Assembly (NCBI RefSeq): GCF_900187275.1
Contig: NZ_LT906458.1
Span: forward strand, 2,070,001 to 2,102,000
DNA from: Pasteurella multocida
GTDB lineage: Bacteria; Pseudomonadota; Gammaproteobacteria; Enterobacterales; Pasteurellaceae
Direction of reading: 5' to 3'
Length of the DNA stretch: 32,000 nucleotides
Part shown: positions 23,309-32,000 of the stretch, in pieces
Layout: every line of letters starts with the position of its first letter
How positions within the stretch are numbered: the first letter of the stretch is position 1
The notes under the pieces: model-generated
Seen by the model: the letters and a program-made list of their open reading frames with translations, nothing else
Told to the model about the DNA's origin: nothing
Database searches by the model: none
Made by a program: the position numbers and the translations under genes

Positions 23309-24139
23309 TTACCAACCTTTAACCACACCACCTTGGAAGTGTTTAAGTGCTTCTTGATACACTTCTTCGGTTTGGAATGCTTTCACAAAATCTTTGATCG
23401 CTTCATTGTCTTTATTATCTTCACGGCTCACCACTAAGTTAACATAAGGTGAATCTTTATCTTCGACAAAGATACCATCTTTTTCAGCGGTTAAACCTTG
23501 TTGTACAGCATAGTTATTGTTGATGATCGCGAAATCGACATCATCTAACATACGTGGAAGTAGTGAACCTTCAACTTCTTTGATTTGGAGATTTTTTGGA
23601 TTCTCAATCACATCAATTGAGGTTGAGAATAAGTTACTTGGATCTTTTAACTTAATTAAGCCTTGTTTTTCTAAAAGTAATAATGCACGACCTAAGTTAC
23701 TTGGATTGTTTGGTACCGCAACAGTTGCCCCATCTTGTAACTCAGAGACATTTTTGATTTTTTTAGAATACGCTGTAATTGGGAAAACGAATGTATTGCC
23801 TACGATCGCCAATTTATAACCACGTTGCTCAACTTCTTTGTCCATGTAAGGTTTGTGTTGGAAGGCATTAGCATCTAAATCGCCCTTCGTTAATGCATCA
23901 TTTGGTTGAGTGTATTCCGTAAACTCAACTAATTTCACATCAATATTATATTTTTCCTTCGCAATTTTGGCAGCAACTTCTGTCACTTGCGCTTCAGCAC
24001 TTGTCATCACTCCAACAGTTAATTTACGCGCAGCAGGTTCTTGTGGTGCAGCAGCGGCTGCCGGTTTATCATCTTTACAACCTGCTAGTGCGACAGCAGA
24101 AACCAGTGTTGCTAGACCAAAAAGTTTTGTTAATTTCAT
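23309..24139 (-). CDS. metQ: Methionine ABC transporter substrate-binding lipoprotein
   Basis: 276-aa ORF with a signal peptide and lipobox (VALAGC). NlpA/MetQ family sequence. Last gene of the metN-metI-metQ operon order. Confidence 0.92.
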   Translation of the reverse strand: MKLTKLFGLATLVSAVALAGCKDDKPAAAAAPQEPAARKLTVGVMTSAEAQVTEVAAKIAKEKYNIDVKLVEFTEYTQPNDALTKGDLDANAFQHKPYMDKEVEQRGYKLAIVGNTFVFPITAYSKKIKNVSELQDGATVAVPNNPSNLGRALLLLEKQGLIKLKDPSNLFSTSIDVIENPKNLQIKEVEGSLLPRMLDDVDFAIINNNYAVQQGLTAEKDGIFVEDKDSPYVNLVVSREDNKDNEAIKDFVKAFQTEEVYQEALKHFQGGVVKGW

Positions 24140-24182
24140 AGAAAATCCTCTAAAAAATGATGTTGTGTAAATTATATTTCAA

Positions 24183-24872
24183 TTAACGGTGATCAAAACG
24201 TTCTGCTAAGTGGTCGCCCAACTTTTGGCTTAACATAACGATCAGGACGATAATGATGGTTGCGATCCATTTTACATAGATCATATTGCGGTGTTCACCA
24301 TAAGTAATGGCTAAATTACCTAAGCCACCACCGCCGACAGCACCCGCCATCGCAGAGTAACCAATTAAAGCGACTAAGGTAAGCGTAATGCCATTAATTA
24401 AAATTGGGATCGATTCTGGTAAATAGTATTTGGTGACAATTTGCCAGTTTGTCGCTCCCATGGATTTTGCGGCTTCTGTTAAGCCACTTGGAATTTCCAA
24501 TAATGCATTTGCAGTTAAACGTGCGAAAAAGGGAATGGCAGACACACTTAATGGCACGATAGCCGCTGTTGTCCCTAATGTTGTTCCAACCACCAAACGA
24601 GTAAAAGGAAGTAAAATAATCAGTAAAATAATAAAAGGTACTGAACGACCAATATTGATGATTACATTTAATACTTGATTGGCACGACGATTTTCTAAAA
24701 TTTCACCTTTACCTGTTAGAAAAGCTAATAAACCAATGGGTAACCCAATCACGATAGCAAATAAGGTGGCAATAAACCCCATGTAAAGTGTTTCAAGAGT
24801 CGAAAGACCAACGAGCTCCCAAATTCTTGGTGTCATTTCTTGGGTGAAATCTGCCCATAATTGATCAAACAT
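24183..24872 (-). CDS. metI: Methionine ABC transporter permease
   Basis: 229-aa hydrophobic ORF colinear with E. coli MetI ([64 protein letters not shown]). Its start overlaps the metN stop by 8 nt (ATGTTTGA). Confidence 0.93.
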   Translation of the reverse strand: MFDQLWADFTQEMTPRIWELVGLSTLETLYMGFIATLFAIVIGLPIGLLAFLTGKGEILENRRANQVLNVIINIGRSVPFIILLIILLPFTRLVVGTTLGTTAAIVPLSVSAIPFFARLTANALLEIPSGLTEAAKSMGATNWQIVTKYYLPESIPILINGITLTLVALIGYSAMAGAVGGGGLGNLAITYGEHRNMIYVKWIATIIIVLIVMLSQKLGDHLAERFDHR

Positions 24873-25899
24873 AGCCTAATACCTCAACTTTTACATTATG
24901 TTCCATTAAATAGGTTTTTGTTCTGGTAATCGCTTCGTCATCACCTTCCATTTCAGCAATCACAAAACCAAATTTAACACCGCCTGCATAGTCGATTTGC
25001 GAAGTTAAAATACTCAGATCGACCCCAAACATTTTAGATGCTTGCGATAATACAGGGGCATCGACAGTGCGACCAGTAAATTCAAATTTTACAATTGGCC
25101 AAGATGTCGCATTTCTTGGTGTTTCGGTTAATTTTTCCATATATTCTTCTGGCAGGCTAATATGGAATGTGGAACGGATAAACTCTTTTGCCAGTTGAGT
25201 TTGAGGATTCGAGAATATCTCACTCACCGAACCTTGCTCGATCAAACGTCCTTTGTCGATAACAGCCACATGATCACAAATACGTTTTACGACTTCCATT
25301 TCATGGGTGATCAAAAGAATCGTGATCCCTAATGTGCGGTTAATTTCTTTCAATAATGTCAAAATAGACTGCGTTGTTGCAGGATCTAAAGCACTGGTGG
25401 CTTCATCACATAATAAAACCTTTGGCTCACTTGCCAGTGCACGAGCAATAGCGACTCGCTGTTTTTGTCCACCTGATAAATTTGAGGGATAGACATCTTT
25501 TTTGTCAGTTAAACCCACTAATGCAAGTAATTCATTCACTTTTTGATGAATTTTCTCTTTTGGTGTATTTTCCAACTCCAATGGCAACGCGATATTGCCA
25601 AATACTGTGCGTGATGTTAATAAATTAAAGTGTTGGAAAATCATGCCAATATGGCGACGCTCGTGCACTAAATCCGCATTTTTTAACTGTGTTAAATCTT
25701 TACCATCAACAATGACAGCACCAGAAGAAGGGGTCTCAAGTAAGTTGACACAACGAATTAAAGTACTTTTCCCTGCGCCAGATGCACCAATCACACCGCA
25801 GATTTGCCCCTTAGGTACATGCAGTGAAACATTATCAAGTGCGGTCAATTTTTTACCTGACACATCAAACATTTTACTAATCTTTTCTAGCTTAATCAT
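24865..25899 (-). CDS. metN: Methionine ABC transporter ATP-binding protein
   Basis: The start was chosen at the ATG giving [11 protein letters not shown] (344 aa; E. coli MetN is 343 aa). Walker [10 protein letters not shown], signature LSGGQKQR and Walker [12 protein letters not shown] are present, plus the C-terminal NIL/regulatory domain. The ORF-track start at 25968 would run through the promoter and operator. Confidence 0.92.
   Translation of the reverse strand: MIKLEKISKMFDVSGKKLTALDNVSLHVPKGQICGVIGASGAGKSTLIRCVNLLETPSSGAVIVDGKDLTQLKNADLVHERRHIGMIFQHFNLLTSRTVFGNIALPLELENTPKEKIHQKVNELLALVGLTDKKDVYPSNLSGGQKQRVAIARALASEPKVLLCDEATSALDPATTQSILTLLKEINRTLGITILLITHEMEVVKRICDHVAVIDKGRLIEQGSVSEIFSNPQTQLAKEFIRSTFHISLPEEYMEKLTETPRNATSWPIVKFEFTGRTVDAPVLSQASKMFGVDLSILTSQIDYAGGVKFGFVIAEMEGDDEAITRTKTYLMEHNVKVEVLGYV
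25837..25845 (+). repeat. USS core inside metN (antisense to the gene)
   Basis: Exact AAGTGCGGT followed by CAATTTTTT. Confidence 0.9.
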
Positions 25900-25937
25900 A
25901 TAAGCCCTTTGTTTATCATTTTTTGTTACATTGGCTG

Positions 25938-25969
25938 TGTATTTTAGACGTCTAGATTTCCGTGTCAAT
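25938..25969 (-). promoter_or_regulatory. metNIQ promoter with MetJ boxes in the spacer
   Basis: On the minus strand, TTGACA (reverse complement of 25963-25968), a 16-nt spacer, then TAAAAT (reverse complement of 25941-25946). The spacer holds a perfect met box AGACGTCT (25946-25953) directly abutted by AGATTTCC (25954-25961, 5/8 match). Confidence 0.7.
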
Positions 25970-26091
25970 ATGTAATTTTAATATTTTTAGTACAATTTGT
26001 TATGAGATAGAAATAATCGCGACTTTATTTGCGAAGTGAGTCAAGAAAAGGGATAATTTAAAGCACATTTAAATAAAAGGAAGGCTCTCAT

Positions 26092-26646
26092 ATGAAAAAA
26101 GCAATTTTTTTAGATCGAGATGGCACATTAAATATTGATCATGGCTATGTTCATGAAATTGATCAGTTTCAATTTATTGACGGTAGCATTGAAGCGTTAC
26201 AACAACTGAAAGCGATGGGCTATTTATTGGTACTTGTAACAAATCAGTCAGGTATTGCGCGTGGATATTTTAGCGAAGATCAATTTTTACAGCTGACAGA
26301 ATGGATGGATTGGTCGCTGGCAGATCGAGGCGTTGATCTTGATGGCATTTATTATTGTCCACATCATATAGACGGAAAAGGAGAGTATCGTCAAGTTTGT
26401 GATTGTCGTAAACCAAAAGCGGGTATGCTATTACAAGCGATCAAAGAACTTAAGATTGATCCTAGTGCTTCTTTTATGGTGGGTGACAAAGTTGAGGATG
26501 TGTTAGCAGGAAAAGCAGCAAATATCAAAAATACTGTTTTAGTGAAAACAGGAAAACCGATTACAGCAGAAGGTGTAAAACAAGCAGATTATTTGTTAGC
26601 GTCCATTGCGGATCTACCAAAACTGATAAAAGGATTAAAAAGTTAA
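26092..26646 (+). CDS. gmhB: D-glycero-beta-D-manno-heptose-1,7-bisphosphate 7-phosphatase
   Basis: 184-aa HAD-family ORF with motif I DRDGTLN, the Zn site CPHH...CDCRKP, and GDKVEDV. AAGGAAGG Shine-Dalgarno. It sits between metN and an rrn operon, as in E. coli. Confidence 0.9.
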   Translation: MKKAIFLDRDGTLNIDHGYVHEIDQFQFIDGSIEALQQLKAMGYLLVLVTNQSGIARGYFSEDQFLQLTEWMDWSLADRGVDLDGIYYCPHHIDGKGEYRQVCDCRKPKAGMLLQAIKELKIDPSASFMVGDKVEDVLAGKAANIKNTVLVKTGKPITAEGVKQADYLLASIADLPKLIKGLKS

Positions 26647-26679
26647 CAAAAATCTAACAAGATTTACACATTAAGTTTA

Positions 26680-26760
26680 AAAAATAATCTTTTAATAAAA
26701 AATTTAATTTTTTTTGTAAAAAGGGGTTGCAAAGGGTTTTAAAATGCCTATAATACGCCC
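26680..26760 (+). promoter_or_regulatory. rRNA operon promoter with AT-rich UP-like element and GC-rich discriminator
   Basis: TTGCAA (26727-26732), a 16-nt spacer, then TATAAT (26749-26754), followed by ACGCCCC. About 45 nt of nearly pure A/T precede it (26680-26726). Confidence 0.8.
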
Positions 26761-26762
26761 CA

Positions 26763-26857
26763 CACAACGACGCGACGTTGTACGAGATAGTAGATACACC
26801 TCGCGTCGTTGTTTTTTGTTCTTTAACAATCTAACAGACAATCTGTGTGGGCACTTG
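26763..26857 (+). promoter_or_regulatory. rrn antitermination leader: boxB-like hairpin, boxA, boxC and the 16S processing-stem strand
   Basis: A 12-bp perfect inverted repeat, ACAACGACGCGA (26763-26774) / TCGCGTCGTTGT (26801-26812). boxA TGTTCTTTAACAA at 26817-26829 (E. coli TGCTCTTTAACAA). ATCTGTGTGGGCACT at 26841-26855, as in E. coli rrn leaders. Confidence 0.85.
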
Positions 26858-26984
26858 TTGATTGATTTCATTTAAAAAAATTTTAAAATTGAAGTCTTAA
26901 TAGGTGCTTAATACTGAAAATTCATGATACTTTTGAAGTAAATGTAAACTTTTAGCTAAGCAGTTTATTGAGCGATTGAACTTT

Positions 26985-28526
<1,542 letters not shown>

Positions 28527-28619
28527 CCTAAAATGGAACGACTGCAAGTGTTCACACAGATTGTTTAGTAGATTGTATGAATGAAATATATGGCAAAGTG
28601 GAGAGCATCTTTACATGTT

Positions 28620-28695
28620 GTCCCCATCGTCTAGAGGCCTAGGACATCGCCCTTTCACGGCGGTAACCGGGGTTCGAATCCCCGTGGGGACGCCA
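28620..28695 (+). tRNA. tRNA-Glu (anticodon UUC) in the 16S-23S spacer
   Basis: 76 nt with acceptor stem GTCCCCA/TGGGGAC, anticodon loop CTTTCAC, T-arm CGGGG-TTCGAAT-CCCCG and an encoded CCA. Near identical to E. coli tRNA-Glu. Confidence 0.97.
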
Positions 28696-28722
28696 TTTAA
28701 AGATGACTTTTGTTGTCTTTAC

Positions 28723-28735
28723 TGTTCTTTAAAAA
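28723..28735 (+). promoter_or_regulatory. Second boxA-like element in the spacer
   Basis: TGTTCTTTAAAAA differs at one position from the leader boxA in this operon. E. coli rrn spacers also carry a boxA copy. Confidence 0.5.
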
Positions 28736-28920
28736 ATTGGAAACAAGCTGAAAAACTGAAGAGATTTTCGAAAGAAAGTCTGAGTAGAAAAATCTTGCAT
28801 GAAAAAAGGCATGCAAGTGTTTAGCGTTTAAACACAACATCAAGGTGATGAAACTTGATTAATGCATTAGCAAAGGTTAATGGATTAATTGAGATTAAGT
28901 AAGAATACTTGAGGTTGTAT

Positions 28921-31823
<2,903 letters not shown>

Positions 31824-31987
31824 ACAACGCTCAAGTGTTTTTGGGTGTTGAGTGAGACGTTAGACGAAAAGACGAAGAAGAGAAAATTACTTTAGACAGC
31901 TTGTTTTTGATTAAAGTGCGAGAGTGAAGAAAGCACAGAAGGAAGAACAGAAGAATAGAGAAGACAAGAGAAGACATCAACCGAATA

Positions 31988-32000
31988 TCTTGGCGGCGAT
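31988..32000 (+). rRNA. rrf: Probable 5' end of 5S rRNA (truncated by window edge)
   Basis: TCTTGGCGGCGAT aligns with the E. coli 5S start GCCTGGCGGCCGT. Only 13 nt are visible. Confidence 0.4.

Noticed and set aside
25900-25968. Upstream extension of metN ([23 protein letters not shown]), and the analogous 3-codon extension of rplL at 8511.
   Set aside because: The metN extension runs through the metN promoter and MetJ boxes. The internal ATG gives the expected ABC-ATPase N-terminus and length. For rplL, MSLTNEQ at 8520 is the canonical start.
26013-26031. Imperfect palindrome TCGCGA-ctttat-TTGCGA upstream of gmhB, considered as a CRP-S/Sxy competence site.
   Set aside because: The half-site order and sequence do not fit TGCGA-N6-TCGCA. 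There is no supporting context.

Overview
This window is a core chromosomal segment of a Pasteurellaceae-type gammaproteobacterium. The taxon call rests on 12 perfect copies of the Haemophilus-type uptake signal sequence AAGTGCGGT and on proteins colinear with E. coli orthologues. I cannot name the genus or species from this window.

Gene order:
- Plus strand: fusA (5' truncated), tuf, secE, nusG, rplK, rplA.
- Minus strand: glycerate kinase and a GntP-family permease.
- Plus strand: rplJ, rplL, rpoB, rpoC, nudC, hemE, yjaG (DUF416), hupA, glmS.
- Minus strand: a decayed phoX-like gene fragment, then metQ, metI, metN.
- Plus strand: gmhB, then an rRNA operon (promoter and nut-like leader, 16S, tRNA-Glu(UUC), 23S, first bases of 5S).

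Several sigma70-like promoters, rho-independent terminators, a MetJ-box operator and rRNA processing stems can be read directly.

I see no CRISPR array, IS element, integrase, phage, toxin-antitoxin or defence-type genes. I see no convincing evidence for a previously undescribed system; this is essentially a housekeeping region.

The most unusual points are architectural:
1. An oppositely oriented two-gene glycerate cassette splits the normally contiguous rplKA-rplJL-rpoBC cluster.
2. The str-operon end (fusA-tuf) is joined directly to secE-nusG with no tRNA genes, which suggests a tuf-tuf rearrangement.
3. A 5'-deleted, stop-riddled phoX/DUF839-type pseudogene lies at a synteny breakpoint.
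4. USS inverted pairs act as hairpins in transcribed spacers, including the rpoB-rpoC spacer.
5. The 23S-5S spacer is long and strongly purine-rich.

All coordinates were counted by hand. Small elements may be off by 1-2 nt.
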